DNA of 64,000 nucleotides from Octopus vulgaris (Eukaryota), in NCBI GenBank assembly GCA_951406725.2, contig OX597835.1:2604001-2668000 (forward strand). The letters are read 5' to 3'. The notes under the pieces are model-generated. The model saw only the letters and a list, made by a program, of their open reading frames with translations, ran no database searches and was not told where the DNA came from. Position numbers and translations under genes: made by a program. Shown here in pieces: positions 26,053 through 40,445 of this stretch. Within the stretch, counting starts at the first letter, position 1. Each line of letters starts with the position of its first letter.

Positions 26053-26450
26053 TGTGTGTGTGTGTGTGCATTAGCTATACGGATATATAAACACATGGAT
26101 ACGAACTTCCTCACCCCACCCCACCCCCCAACAGACATTCGCACAAGTTTTTCGGAATGAATCTTCTGTTTATTGCTTTTTAATGTTTTTCTTTTTCATC
26201 GATTCTCTTTACCAGAAAAAAAATGACAGACATTTTGGTCATCATTTCCTCCCCCCTCTTCCCCTCTCTCCGTTACTCCCACCCTTTCTTTCTCTCTTCT
26301 TTAACTCTCTCTCTCTCTCTTTCCGTCTCCTTATCGAGTTTTAGACCTCTTGTCTTTTTATTAGCTTTTTCTCCTCCGCCACGTTCCTTTCTCTCTGACA
26401 CTATTAGGCTCTACATAATTGTGTGTGTGTATACATGCATATATATATAC

Positions 26451-26497
<47 letters not shown>

Positions 26498-26532
26498 TAT
26501 ATATATATCCATACGTATGTATATACACACAC

Positions 26533-26581
<49 letters not shown>

Positions 26582-26776
26582 CAGATGGATACATAAGTAT
26601 AAGTACACATACCCACGCATGCAAACAAGCGCACTATAAAATATATCCTGTCTTTTCTAGTTCCATGGTTATACATCAACTTGATGTCGTAAGTCACAAA
26701 TATATAACACTAATAAATCAGTCTTCTTCTCTTCTACAACTCTACCTTTTTTTGACTTCTCTAGTTCCTTTTCTTC

Positions 26777-26830
<54 letters not shown>

Positions 26831-27086
26831 TTCTTCTTCTTCTTCTTCTTCTTCTTCTTCTTCTTCTTCTTCTTCTTCTTCTTCTTCTTCTTCTTCTTGT
26901 ATTCATTGCTTTGGCTGGGGCCGAACGCCGGTGCTGTAAAAGAGGGAAGTAAAAATGTTCTGAGATATTCACGTACACAGCGCAGGCGCCACTCGAATGG
27001 AACTGTTAGAAGACGCATTCCACACATTTGCTGTCACGATGTAAAATGGAGGCGTGTTGGCATCTCTCTTATTTTCACTTTCTCGT

Positions 27087-27127
<41 letters not shown>

Positions 27128-27348
27128 TATATATATATATATATATACATACATACATATATATATATGTATATATATATACATATATATATATATACAT
27201 ATATACATATATATATATACATATATATACATATATATATACATATATATATATACATATATATACATACATATATATATATATATATATACACACACAT
27301 ATATATATATATATATATACACACACATACACACATACATATCATATA

Positions 27349-27391
<43 letters not shown>

Positions 27392-27403
27392 ATATATATA
27401 TAT

Positions 27404-27476
<73 letters not shown>

Positions 27477-28030
27477 TATATACAGGGTTTGGTAGACGGA
27501 AAGAAGTTTTTCTTATACATATATATGGGTGGGGGTGGGGTGTTTGTGTGTGTGTTGTTTGTATCCGTTTTTCCATCACCGCTTGCCAACCGATATTGGT
27601 GTGTTTAGGTACCCATATTATAGCACCCTCTCCATACACCGTACAAATGTCGCGAGCAGTTTTTGCTGCCTTAGAACCTTGATCAAAATCAAAAATGAGG
27701 TGTCGAAAATGCTCGTTTTTCTTAACTAAAATTAACTAGAAAACCCCACCCCCCCAACAAAATAGATTCCAAGATGATTCAAAAATTGAATTCTCGAAAA
27801 AACTACATTCTAAAATTTAAAAACGCAATCAATATTCAAAATTTAAAAAAACGGCGGTAACTTAGTTGCCAACCCAATATATGACCTTTTAATGATTACG
27901 GCCGTTTCGTGGCGGACTGATAGCTGGAGCTTACTGTGAAAGCCGCACGATTCTTTGATTCTATATTTTATAATACTCCTTATATACGCACATATGTTTA
28001 AGTTTGAATATGTACATACATGCATATATA

Positions 28031-28386
28031 TACTCTTTACTCTTTTACTCTTTTACTTGTTTCAGTCATTTGACTGCGGCCATGCTGGAGCACCGCCTTT
28101 AGTCGAGCAAATCGACCCCGGGACTTATTCTTTGTAAGCTCAGTACTTATTCTATCGGTCTCTTTTGCCGAACCGCTAAGTGACGGGGACATAAACACAC
28201 CAGCATCGGTTGTCAAGCAATGCTAGGGGGACAAACACAGAGACACAAACATATACACACACATATATATATATACGACGGGCTTCTTTCAGTTTCCGTC
28301 TACCAAATCCACTCACAAGGCGTTGGTCGGCCCGGGGCTATAGCAGAAGACACTTGCCCAAGATGCCACGCAGCCACTCCTGCGCC
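28031..28386 (-). mobile_element. SINE family A with deletion of the B-box region
   Basis: ccacgcag is joined directly to ccactcctgcgcc. Confidence 0.9.
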
Positions 28387-28392
28387 TATATC

Positions 28393-28449
<57 letters not shown>

Positions 28450-28787
28450 TGTTTGTATGTTTGTATGTTTGTATGTATCGAAGCTATAAGCGTCCTTTGC
28501 AAGTGGCTGAGGGCTTACAGCATTTGAAAGATCGCCATCGGACATTGATACCCTCTCGGCGCTTCCAAAGTTAACCCAAGGGAGCATACAGACAGTGACA
28601 GCAGATAGAGCAAGCGGGTGGCACCAGCCGACAGCTGGTATGACTTTTGGGGTTAATTCACAAATGCAACTTGAAGTAATGTGCTTTGTTCAAGAGCACA
28701 TCGAGCTACCTGATGTAGGAATTGAACCCCCCAGTTTTATGACTTATTTCAAATCATAACTACAAAACCATACGCTTCTACACAAGC

Positions 28788-29414
<627 letters not shown>

Positions 29415-30489
29415 GCTCTACATACACGCACATATATATATATGTACGTATGCATGCATGTATGTATGTGTGTGTGTGCGTGCGTGTGTGTATGTGTATG
29501 TGTGTTTGAAAATGGATAGATATATAGATATGGATATATGCACGCGCATGCGCATTATATACATTCAACGAGAAATAATACAAAACTAAAATTTTATTAA
29601 GAAAATAATATTTGAAGCTATTTCCTGTTAATAGAAATAAACCAACGCAACTGATTTTGATTTTTCTTTCGTATTTGTTTTGTTCCTTTTCTTTCTTTAA
29701 CTTATTCCATTCTTTCTTTCCCCTTTTTTCCTTCTCTTTTCCCCTCTTCCATCTTTGTTAATTCTATTTTTCTTTCTTTTTTGTTTTTCAGTTTTTGTTT
29801 CTCATGCCTTGGAATATTCGATGGCGTTATTATTGCAAAGAAAATGGCAGCCATAAAACATAACAGGCATTCGAAGTAAATATTATTTTTTTGTTAATGG
29901 CAATTGGAACAAGTTTTGAATACGAAATAGTTATGTTCAAAAGCTTGTCATCATTAATTATAATATTAATGGTTTCAAAATTTGGAACAAGGCCGGCAAT
30001 TTCGGGGAGGTTTTAAGACGATTACATTAATCTCAGGGCTCAACTTCAACTTATTTTATCGACCCTGATAAAATTGCGAAATCTGCCTGATAGAAAAAGA
30101 CTGTTTGTCGTTCCCAGCAGAGGAACGATTTTTACAATGGACTCACCCGTAGGATCCGTCCTACACGTGACAGTAAGGGTTCGACATAGCTTCACAAGTC
30201 AGCAATACTCGAGCGCAGGGTGAGTGTGCAGACCTCGGACTGGCCAGGCTGAAGGCACTTACATGCCTGTATAGCCAAACTCGACACCGCAGTGCCCTCC
30301 GGTTGCGCTACTAGGCCAAGGAACAGATTAAGCTGTTGATTTTCAGCAATTCCCAGAATTTCGTCGAGAAGAATCCACAGCTACAATCCATATAACAAAT
30401 GTCACCCGCGAAGAGAATTTCTGGAGCCACATTCCACATTATTTTAGGACGTTCTACAAAATGCATTTCAAGAAGTAAATGTCCAACCA

Positions 30490-30870
30490 AAGTTCCATGC
30501 TGGGTGCACTGCCTTGGCGAATTTTGGCCGAACTATTTGAACCCAGTACTTATTTTCTTTTTAAGCCTTGTACGTATTCTATCATCTTTTTTGCCGAACC
30601 GCTAATTTACGGGTACGTAAACACACCAACACCGGTCGACAAGCAGTGCGGGGTGGAGAAGAACAGACACAAAAACGCACACACACACATATATACATGC
30701 GACAAGCTTTTTTCTGTTTCTGTCTACCAAATCGACTGACAAGGCTTTGGTAGGTCCGATGCTACAAAAGAAGACATCTTGCCCAAAGTGACACTCAGTG
30801 GGGGTGGGACTGAACCCGGAACCATGTAGTTGTGAAACAAACTTCTTCCCACGCAGCTACGCCTGCACCT
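30490..30870 (-). mobile_element. Diverged SINE family A
   Basis: ttttgccgaaccgctaa, gggactgaacccggaaccatg. Confidence 0.8.
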
Positions 30871-31258
30871 TTGTTGTTGCCACTCCGTCGGTTACGACGA
30901 CGAGGGTTCCAGTTGATCCGATTAACGGAACAGCCTGCTCGTGAAATTAACGAGCAAGTGGCTGAGCACTCCACAGACACGTGTACCCTTAACGTAGTTC
31001 TCGGAGATATTCAGCGTGACACAGAGTGTGACAAGGCTGACCCTTTGAAATACAGGTACAACAGAAACAGGAAGAAAGAGTGAGAGAAAGTTGTGGTGAA
31101 AGAGTACAGCAGGGTTCGCCACGACCCCCTGCCGGAGCTTCGTGGAGCTTTAGGTGTTTTCGCTCAATAAACACTCACAACGCCCGGTCTGGGAATCGAA
31201 GCTGCGATCCTACGACTGCGAGCCCGCTACCCTAGCTACTGGGCCATTGCACCTTCAC
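30871..31258 (-). mobile_element. tRNA-derived SINE family C with (CAA)n tail and 12-bp TSD
   Basis: Reverse complement of 48797-49177; acgcctgcacct at 30859-30870 and 31259-31270. Confidence 0.9.
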
Positions 31259-31592
31259 ACGCCTGCACCTAAACATAATATATATCACAAAATTGCTGGT
31301 AACTTAGTACTTGTTTACTTAGCAATAACAAAAATGCTAAGTAGCTTGAACAGTTTAGGAATTTCACTGACAAAAATGTTGAAATATAAAACACTACAAG
31401 TTCAGTGCAAGCTGGTGTGTCTGTGTGTGAGATTGAACGTATGTTTGTATGCATATACATAAGTTTATGGATGATCACTTTGCAGCCGCCAACTCCGGGG
31501 TTCGATCCTTTCCTTCTGCATGGAATCCTGAGCAAGGGAATTTTGTGAATACCTCGAGTCATAGCTTTGTAAATAATATTAAAGTGACGGAA

Positions 31593-32126
31593 GGCGGCGA
31601 GCTGGCAGAAACGTCAGCACGCCAGGCGAAGTGCGTAGCTGTATTTCGTCTGCCGTTACGTTCTGAGTTCAAATTCCGCCGAGGTCGACTTTGCCTATCA
31701 TCCTTTCGGGGTCGATTAAATAAGTACCAGTTACGCACTGGGGTCGATATAATCGACTTAATCCGATTGTCTGTCCTTGTTTGTCCTCTCTGTGTTTAGC
31801 CCCTTGTCCGTAGTACAGAAACAGGTATTCCGTCTGTCTTCAAATTCCGCCGAGGTCGACTTTGCCTTTCATTCTTTCGATAAATTGAAGTACCAGTTGC
31901 ATACTGAGGTTGATTTAAATTTCGAGCCTTGTGCCTAGAGTAGAAAAGAAAATGCTTAGCAGTATTTCGTCTGCCGTTACGTTCTGAGTTCAAATTTCGC
32001 CGAGATCGACTTAGCCTTTCGTCTTTTCGGAGTCGATAAATTGAGTACCAGTTGCGTGTTGGGGTCCATCTAATCGACTGGCTCCCCCCTCAAAATTTCG
32101 GGCCCTGTGCCTAGAATAGAAAAGAA
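31593..32126 (+). mobile_element. Multimeric SINE-B
   Basis: One head followed by three Nin-like cores. Confidence 0.85.
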
Positions 32127-32745
32127 TATTAGGGTAACGGAAAATGTGCAGAAGTAAGTCGAATGAATTATACCCGTAATTCAAAGGATCAGCCTTGTTT
32201 CACGCTGCGTCACGCTCATTCTACCTTCTGATTACGTTTAGAGTATACGTGTGTTTGTGGAATACTCGGCCATTTACACACCACTGCAATGAGCACGTAA
32301 TTAAATTGATCCAAAAACCGAAATATCGATCGTCAAAATCAACGAAAAATCTATGGATGTTAACTTTTAGGCGCTGATACTTGTTTGCGTATTTATTTCG
32401 ATTTGTGTTTGTGTGTTTGTGTATCTGTAATCATTGCTGTTATCCTTATTGAGCTTTGATCTTGTTGCCATGGCAACAATAAACATTTTCAGTTTCAATT
32501 CATACGAAGTACTCAAACCTTCCCCCCTCCCTTCACCAGAAATCAACTTCTTTCCGGAGACTACGCAAACGAAAAGACATCGTCATTAATCTTTCGAACG
32601 CGGAAAGCTGAAATATTGACTCAGGATTTCATTATCGTTAACTGCAGAAAGCGGGTTTATCCAACGGCCTTGGAAAACGCCTCTTCTTATGTCGCGAGAA
32701 GTGGAGAAATCTCCAGTGACACTTTTTATAACCATAACTTTTCAG

Positions 32746-32884
32746 ATTTTCTTACTTTTTTCCGCATATTCCACCAAATATCTCCTTACAGAGTAACAAT
32801 CAAATACTTTTAGTTGTGGATTTGAAAACCGTGTCCGCAGAAGATATTGAAAAAAGTATTGCAGAAGCAGAAAATAGCAATTCT
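32746..32884 (+). other. Possible isolated coding exon
   Basis: cttttcag acceptor, open frame FSYFFPHIPPNISLQSNNQILLVVDLKTVSAEDIEKSIAEAENSNS, weak donor gtaatt. No family recognised. Confidence 0.25.
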
Positions 32885-33077
32885 GTAATTTGGTTGATAA
32901 TTAACATCGTTGTAGAAATGATCATGGAATTTTATTTCAGCAGTGAAAGAGTTAAACCGGCCGAAAAGAGCGGAGCCTTCGTAATCTGGGGAACCGATCT
33001 CTATAGACACGAAGCGCTCAGCTTGCACAAAAGCTTCCTCAGCTGGAGCAAGTTACCAAGCGATTTCACTAGCTAGT

Positions 33078-33302
33078 ACCTATTTCTTTATTACCCACAA
33101 GGGGCTAAACACAGAGGGGACAAACAAGGACAGACATAGGTATTAAGTGGATTACATCGACCCCAGTGCGGAACTGGTACTTAATTTATCGACCCCGAAA
33201 GGATGATAGGTAAAGTCGACCTCGGTGGAATTTGAACTCAGAACGTAACGCAGACGAAATACCGCTAAGCATTTCGCCCGGCGTGCTAACGTTTCTGCCA
33301 GC
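33078..33302 (-). mobile_element. SINE family B, single unit
   Basis: Match to the array unit plus head. Confidence 0.85.
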
Positions 33303-33876
33303 TCGAGTGTCCTCCACCGGGCATAAACTTGTCGCTTCCGGTTCGCTTCCATCGTTTGCCTTAAAACCACATCGCAGCTATCCTCTAAACTTCTTGTACC
33401 GACTTGCCTCCCTCTATACTTACTAAAAACAATTTACAAACGGAATTAAGCCAGTCGCCTTCTGTCTTCACCTTTAACTATCTAATTAAACTTCAAAACT
33501 TCTTTCTGCGAGTTCCTAAGCAGAAGCCCATTGTACGATGCTAAAACGAATCCCTCACCACCCCGGATATTCGTGATGTGGAATAATACCCCATATACAG
33601 ATGCATATTGGATTAACGCCATACTTCGTTACGACTCACTCTTTCTGTCTAGCTTTACATTTTACAGTCTTACCAAAGGCGATCCGATAAAATATCCCAA
33701 TGATTTGAGTGTATTTGTACAAAGATTATTAAGAATGTTGAATAAACAAACAGTTAATGGAAGCAAATCTCGGATATAAAGATGTCTTTTCCTTTTCGTA
33801 ACGAGATGGAAGCAATGAATCTTCTCTTTCGAAAAAAGTGTATATGTATGTATGTATGTATATATGTATGTTAGGG

Positions 33877-33914
<38 letters not shown>

Positions 33915-33919
<5 letters not shown>

Positions 33920-34123
33920 TTTTACTTATTTCAGTCATGGGACTATGGCTCTGCTGGAGCACCGCCTTTAGTCGAACAAATCGACCCCAGGACTTATTCT
34001 TTGTATGCCTAATACTTATTCTATCGGTCTCTTTTGCAGAATCGCTAAGTTACGGGGACGGAAACACACCAGCATCGGTTGTCAAGCGCTGCTGGGGTGA
34101 CAAACGCAGACACACAAACATGC

Positions 34124-34158
<35 letters not shown>

Positions 34159-34327
34159 CATACACACATATATACGACAGGCTTCTTTCAGTTTCCATCT
34201 ACCAAATCCACTCACAAGGCCTTGGTCGGCCCGAGACTATAGTAGAAGACACTTGCCCAAGGTGGTACTGAACCCGGAACCGTATGGTTGGTAAGCAAGC
34301 TCCTTACCACACAGCCACTCCTACGCC
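33915..34327 (-). mobile_element. SINE family A
   Basis: Match to the other A copies. Confidence 0.9.
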
Positions 34328-34340
34328 TACTTTTATTTAA

Positions 34341-34552
34341 GGCGGCGAGCTGGCACAATGGTTAGCACACCGAGCGAAATGCGTCGTGGTACTTCGTCTG
34401 TCGTTACGTTCTCAGTTCAAATTTCGCGGAGGTCGACTTTGCCTTTCGTCCTTCCGGAGTCGATAAATTAAATACTGGCGAAACACTGGGTTCGATGTAA
34501 CCGACTGGTCCCTTCTCCACCAAATATCAGGCTTTGTGCCTTTAATAGAATG
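34341..34552 (+). mobile_element. SINE family B
   Basis: ggcggcgagctggca.. head plus core. Confidence 0.85.
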
Positions 34553-34553
34553 G

Positions 34554-34615
<62 letters not shown>

Positions 34616-35609
34616 TGCATGAGACAGCAGTGCAAGCCATCAAAGTGACACTGGGGTACAAATAGACGAAGCCCAACCTACCTACTCTGACTACCCGTCT
34701 GATAAGGGTACACCAGGCGAATGCATCACAACCATATGTGCACAAGCTCATGATCTCATATCAAGATGGACAGCGCATGACCTTGCAGGTGGGGCCCAGT
34801 TGGAATTTTTTTCGGGCCGTGTAGCCCAGCTCGCTCAAAAATCCCCTGAATAAGACGTGTTAGTAACGCTACCGGTAAACAATGTTGACTGATACTACGT
34901 GTGGCATTCTGAAGAGAAAAATAATTCTGTGTGGAAGAAAAAAAATAATAATGATAAGTCCGTGTAATGGATTTTAGTCAGGTCGCTATGTGCTAGTAAT
35001 ACAACCGGTAAATAATGTAGATTGGTACTACCTACGGCATTCTGAAGAGAAAAATAATTCTGTGTGTGTAAGAAAAAGGAATGAAAAAAAAAAGAATAAT
35101 GCTGTGTGAAAGAAGAAAAATCTGAAAGTGAGAAGTGGACTGTTCCACTTCTGATAAATAGTGGACAGACACAGAGAGCAGTGTCAGTGGGTGAGTGATG
35201 CCGTACGGGCCAGTCACGCAGACGACGAAGTTACGTCTTCATAACGCAGGACATATCAATGATGATGATGATGGCTTCTGATCTTAACTGATTGGAAGTG
35301 TTATCATGTACATGATTTGGGCTACAGTAAATATTCTGGTCAATACCAAAGATTTGCTTGTCAGTTGTTTGACCGTAACCAGTTGAGTATGCCCCTTAGT
35401 AGCAGACAATATGTGCATCTCTGATCACGAGCATAAGTATTGGGTGAGCCATGTATTGAGAGGAATTCTTTAGGGTCTGAATAATTCACATCTGGAAACA
35501 TTAGATAATATCGTCTTAGCCATAAAAGATTGAATGACAATCGTTGAAATGCATTTAATGATAGGTGTATTCTATCGAAGTTGATTTGGAGGTTAAACAT
35601 TGTTTAGCA

Positions 35610-35930
35610 CACCGTCAGTTACGGCGACGAGGGTTGCAGTCGATCCGATCAACAGAACAACTTTCTCGTAAAATTAACGTGTAAGTGGCTGAGTACTTCA
35701 CAGACACGCGGATCCTTAACGTAGTTCTGAGAGAGAACTTATCAAACAGAATGTGACAAGGCTGGCCCTTTGAAATATAGGTACTACTCATTTTTTCCCA
35801 CCCGAGTGAATTGGAGCAGCGTGAACTAAAGTGTCTTGCTCAAGGACAGAACGCACCGTCGGGTATCGAAATCACGACCTAACGATCGCGAGCCGAAAAT
35901 ACTAACAAAAGTAAGACACGCGTCTCGACA
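35610..35930 (-). mobile_element. SINE-C-related copy with CORE-like segment
   Basis: SINE-C 3' half plus gtgtcttgctcaagga. Confidence 0.75.
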
Positions 35931-36827
35931 GGTTAAGCATTAACAAAAACAAAAAAAAAACAAAACAATTGACAGAGTTGATTCATTAAAGTTTAAACAT
36001 CTTCCTAAACCAACAGAAAATAAGTTGAATGAAATCACGGATTTATTGAGAAAAATGTATTTGATGCGGACAAGAATTACTTCGAAAATCGATTTAACTC
36101 ACAACAATACAATGAGATCAATAATGTTATAGTAAAGATATATATAACTCCTCATCTTTATATTCTAAATTGCTTTAAAATATTAGATTAAGAGTTCATA
36201 ACCAAATAGAATGTTGATTGAAATCATAAGTGTTGGCGAGTGAATCAGAGTTAAAACAGGGTGAAAAGTCAGTGGCTGAACCCGAGATTAAAAGAGGTAT
36301 ATTTCCAAAAAGCGTCAGCAAATTCAATTTGTTAAAGTGTTGGTCGATCAATCCTATAATATACGTCCCGAAAGATCAGAATCAAGAAAACAAGTGAAAT
36401 AAAAGTAATGGAGAAAGGATCAAAGATGACCTCGAAGTTCAATCTGAAAGTGACGGGTTGACTTATTTAATAGGGAGAGATATTTAAGTTTGTTGCAGAA
36501 TTACGAGATGAAACGGAATGAAATGAAATGCAATTCGGAGGAGTATTCAATGGAAAGAGCTTAGGTAAGAAAATAATTGGAATAAACATCATTAAAGGAT
36601 CAGCACCTGAGCAATATAAATAATGGTATATCTTGCAGCTTTTGCCCGTTGCGTGGAAACTAAACATAAAACGAAACAGGTTGTTTGCGCCTGCATAAGG
36701 GAGGAGGCACGGACCTAATATATATAACGTAAATAACGCCAACATTGTTGGAAAAATATAGGGATATTGATGTATGTTTGGGAAAGTGATGTGGAGATTA
36801 TGTTTAGCTATGAGAACCAATGCTTTG

Positions 36828-37145
36828 AAGGTGTGTGGCTTAGTGGTTAGGGTATTTGGCTCACGAGCGTAAGGTGACGAGTTCGATTCCCGGCGGTGTG
36901 TTCTGTCCTCGTGCAAGACAATCTATTTTAACTTTCTCTAGTTCACTCAGGTGGCAAAAATTAGTAGTACCTGTATTTCGAAGGGCCAGCCTTGTTATAT
37001 TCTGTGTCACGAAAAATCTACCCCATAATTACTCTGAAGGTACGTGTATCTGTGGAGTGCTCAGACACATGCACGATAATTTCACGAGCAGGTTGTTCCT
37101 TGATCGGATCGCCTGAAACCCTCGTCGTCGTAACCGACGGAGTGC
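36828..37145 (+). mobile_element. SINE-C-related copy with CORE-like segment
   Basis: tggcttagtggttaggg..gagttcgattcccgg head; ..cgtaaccgacggagtgc end. Confidence 0.8.
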
Positions 37146-37190
37146 TAGTAATAAAAACCACTTGTAGATACGCGATAGAAATGAAGGAGA

Positions 37191-37974
37191 GATGGCGAGC
37201 TGGCAGCAACGTTGGCATGCCGGACGAAATGCTTAGCGGTATTTCGTCTGTCTTTACGTTCTGAGTTCAAATTCTGGCGAGGTCGACTTTGCATTTCATC
37301 CTTTCAGGGTCGATTAAATAAGTACCAGTTACGCACTGGGGTCGATATAATCGACTTAATCCGTTTGTCTGTCCTTGTTTGTCCTCCTCTGTGTTTAGCC
37401 CCTTGTGGGCAGTAAAGAAATAGGTATTCCGTCTGTCTTTGTGTTCTGAGTTCAAATTCCGCCGAGGTCGACTTAACCTTTCATCCTTTCAGGGTCGATT
37501 AAATAATTACCAGTTACGCACTGGGGTCGATGTAATCGACTTAATCCCTTTGTCCGTCCTTGTTTGTCCCTTCTATATTTAGCCCCTTGTGGGCAGTAAA
37601 GAAATAGGTATTTCGTCTGCCGCTACGTTCTGAGTTCAAATTCCGCCGAGGTCGACTTTGCCTTTCATCCTTTCAGGGTCGATTAAATAAGTACCAGTTA
37701 CGCACTGGGGTCGATGTAATCGACTTAATCCCTTTGTCCGTTCTTGTTTGTCCCCTCTATGTTTAGCCCCTTTTGGGCAGTAAAGAAATAGGTATTTCGT
37801 CTGCCGCTACGTTCTGAGTTCAAATTCCGCCGAGGTCGACTTAGCCTTTCATCCTTTTGGTGTCGATTAAATAAGTACCAGTTACGCACTGGGGTCGATA
37901 TGACCGACTTAATCCGTTTGTCTGTCCTTGTTTGTCCTCTGTGTGTTTAGCCCCTTGTGGGTAGTAAAGAAATA
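37191..37974 (+). mobile_element. SINE-B concatemer: one head plus four 184-185-bp units
   Basis: ctgagttcaaattc at 37261, 37446, 37630, 37814; flanking direct repeat agaaatgaag(g/t)aga. Confidence 0.95.
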
Positions 37975-39379
37975 AGAAATGAAGTAGAGGTTATCAAAGA
38001 CAAAGGGGAAAATTAGAAGATAGATTTAACTGGAATGTCTCTGATTCTATTCGGTATTAATTAATTTTATCAAGAAGCTAAAACAGGATAAAAGACGGCT
38101 TGATTGAAAGATGGCGGACTAAAGAAGTGAAAGAGAAACGCTAATTACGGCAGGGCAAGAACACGCACAAACCTTATTAAAGTTAATATAGACAGAAGAC
38201 AGCGAAATATTGTGTATTGCGTCAGTGATAGGCAACATGAACAACCATAGAATTTGTGATTGTAGCAAGATATAGACATTAAAAGAAGATGAAAGGTGAC
38301 ATAATTAAACAGAGGGAGAAAAGAAACATTGTAAAGTGAGTGAGAAATTTGGATTGAAAGTAGAAGAGGAAAATAGCACCAACTTCAAAGGCAAGCTGTT
38401 GCTGAAAACTACTGCTAAAGTAGCTGCAGGATTTATCTATAAAAAGTTAGACTTAGAGACCAAAAATTGTTGCCAAAAGCTGAAACGGGAAAGTATGAAA
38501 AAGAAGGGCGTTTGTTCTGTGTGTTAAGCCGGTGAATTTGTAGAGTCGTTAAAATGGCTTGCAGTATTTGATCCAACTCTCTGCACTATGAGTTCAACTC
38601 CTAGAAGCTACAAATGTGAAGTAAAGTCGACCTCGGAGACATTTGAACTCAACGTAAAACCGGAAGAAATGCCGTCAAGCATTGCGCCAGACGCACTAAC
38701 AATTTGCTGGTTCACTGAAGAATAGTTTATCTGATTTAGACACAATGCCAGCAATTTTGGTGGGAAAGCGTTAACCAAAACCATCCACTTTAGTACCAGA
38801 GGTGCCGCAGATAATCACTTACGGTTATCGACTTAGAAGGAACGAAAAGCAAGACTACCAGGGTTGGAATTGAACTAATCTCGCAAAGAATCGGAAGAAA
38901 TACCGCAACGCATTTTTCCGACGCTCTGAAGCAGTGCAACCCAACACATTTCCCCCAAGGCCCTACTATAACTTTCTAGAAAAATCTATGCTCCACCAGT
39001 GGTTGGAAAAAACAACCTTATTTTTGATAGTGCATTAGCATTGTACTATACTGTAGTAAACAGTCTTTGTACAGTATACTTGACTGGAGGGATTGATTTG
39101 GCGAGGCTGAGTATAGCTGTAGTATGTTTGCTGTGAAAAAAAAAAACAAAACGATTGTGTCCCACTAACAAAAAAGAAAGAAGCAAGAGAAAAAATTCTG
39201 GATCTCACACTCTACCACAATTTTCCCAGGGCACTGGATCGTTACGTTCGGATCGCCAAGTTCACTGCGGTGGTAGTGGTGATGGTGGCGATCGTTTTGT
39301 TCGTGCTGTTGCTGCTGTAGTCTTCTTCTTCTTCTTCTAATCAGGACTCACGCCATTAGCCACAAAGAATAATCTCATA

Positions 39380-39416
<37 letters not shown>

Positions 39417-39423
39417 ATGTATA

Positions 39424-39461
<38 letters not shown>

Positions 39462-39674
39462 CCTATCTACCACATATTGATTTCCAATCTTGGCACAACG
39501 CCAGTAATTTTGGGGGTGCGTTAAATCAATTACACCGACTGCCATTTTCAACTGGTACTCATTTTATCGACCTCGACAGGATGGAAAGCAAAGTCGTCCT
39601 CGGCGGTACTTGAACTCACAACGTAAAGACGGACAAATTCCGTCAAGGATTCTTGTTCGGCATGCTAACGATAC

Positions 39675-40445
39675 TTTTCTTCTCTAGGCACAAGGCCCGA
39701 CATTTTTGGTGAGTGGGGGCAGTCGATTAGATCCACTCCAGTAGATATTTATTTGGTACTTAATTTATCGACCCCGAAAGGATGAAAGGCAAAGTCGACC
39801 TCGGCGGAATTTGAACTTAGAACGTAAAGACAGACGAAATACCTATTTCTTTACTACCCACAAGGGGCTAAACACAGAGGGGACAAACAAGGACAGACAA
39901 ACGGATTAAGTTGATTATATCGACCCCAGTGCGTAACTGGTACTTATTTAATCGACCCCGAAAGGATGAAAGGCAAAGTCGACCTCGGCGGAATTTGAAC
40001 TTAGAACGTAACGACAGACGAAATACCTATTTCTTTATTGCCCACAAGGGGCTAAAACTAAGGGGAATCAAACAAGGGCGGATAAAGGGATTAAGTCGAT
40101 TACATCGACCCCAGTGCGTAACTGGTACTTATTTAATCGACCCCGAAAGGATGAAAGGCAAAGTCGACCTCGGCGGAATTTGAACTTAGAACGCAACGAC
40201 AGACGAAATACCTATTTCTTTACTACCCACAAGGGGCTAAACACAGAGAGGACAAACAAGGACAGACAAACGGATTAAGTTGATTATATCGACCCCAGTG
40301 CGTAACTGGTACTTATTTAATCGACCCCGAAAGGATGAAAGGCAAAGTCAACCTCGGCAGAATTTGAACTCAGAACGTAACGGCAGACGACATACTGCTG
40401 AGCATTTCGCCCAGCGTGCTAACGATTCTGCCAGCCTGCCGCCTT
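39675..40445 (-). mobile_element. SINE-B concatemer, four cores at 184-185-bp spacing
   Basis: ttgaac at 39811, 39995, 40180, 40364; head at ~40445. Confidence 0.95.

Larger units (their letters stand above)
36240..38530 (+). mobile_element. Old R4/Dong-like LINE relic interrupted by SINEs
   Basis: EIKRGIF near 36285; after the SINEs LKDGGLK..LITAGQE..NLIKVNIDR..CDCSKI..SEKFGL resemble the post-RT zinc-knuckle region of R4-clade ORFs. Confidence 0.55.

Noticed and set aside
37191-40445. CRISPR-like or satellite system
   Set aside because: Units are near-identical SINE bodies with no unique spacers.
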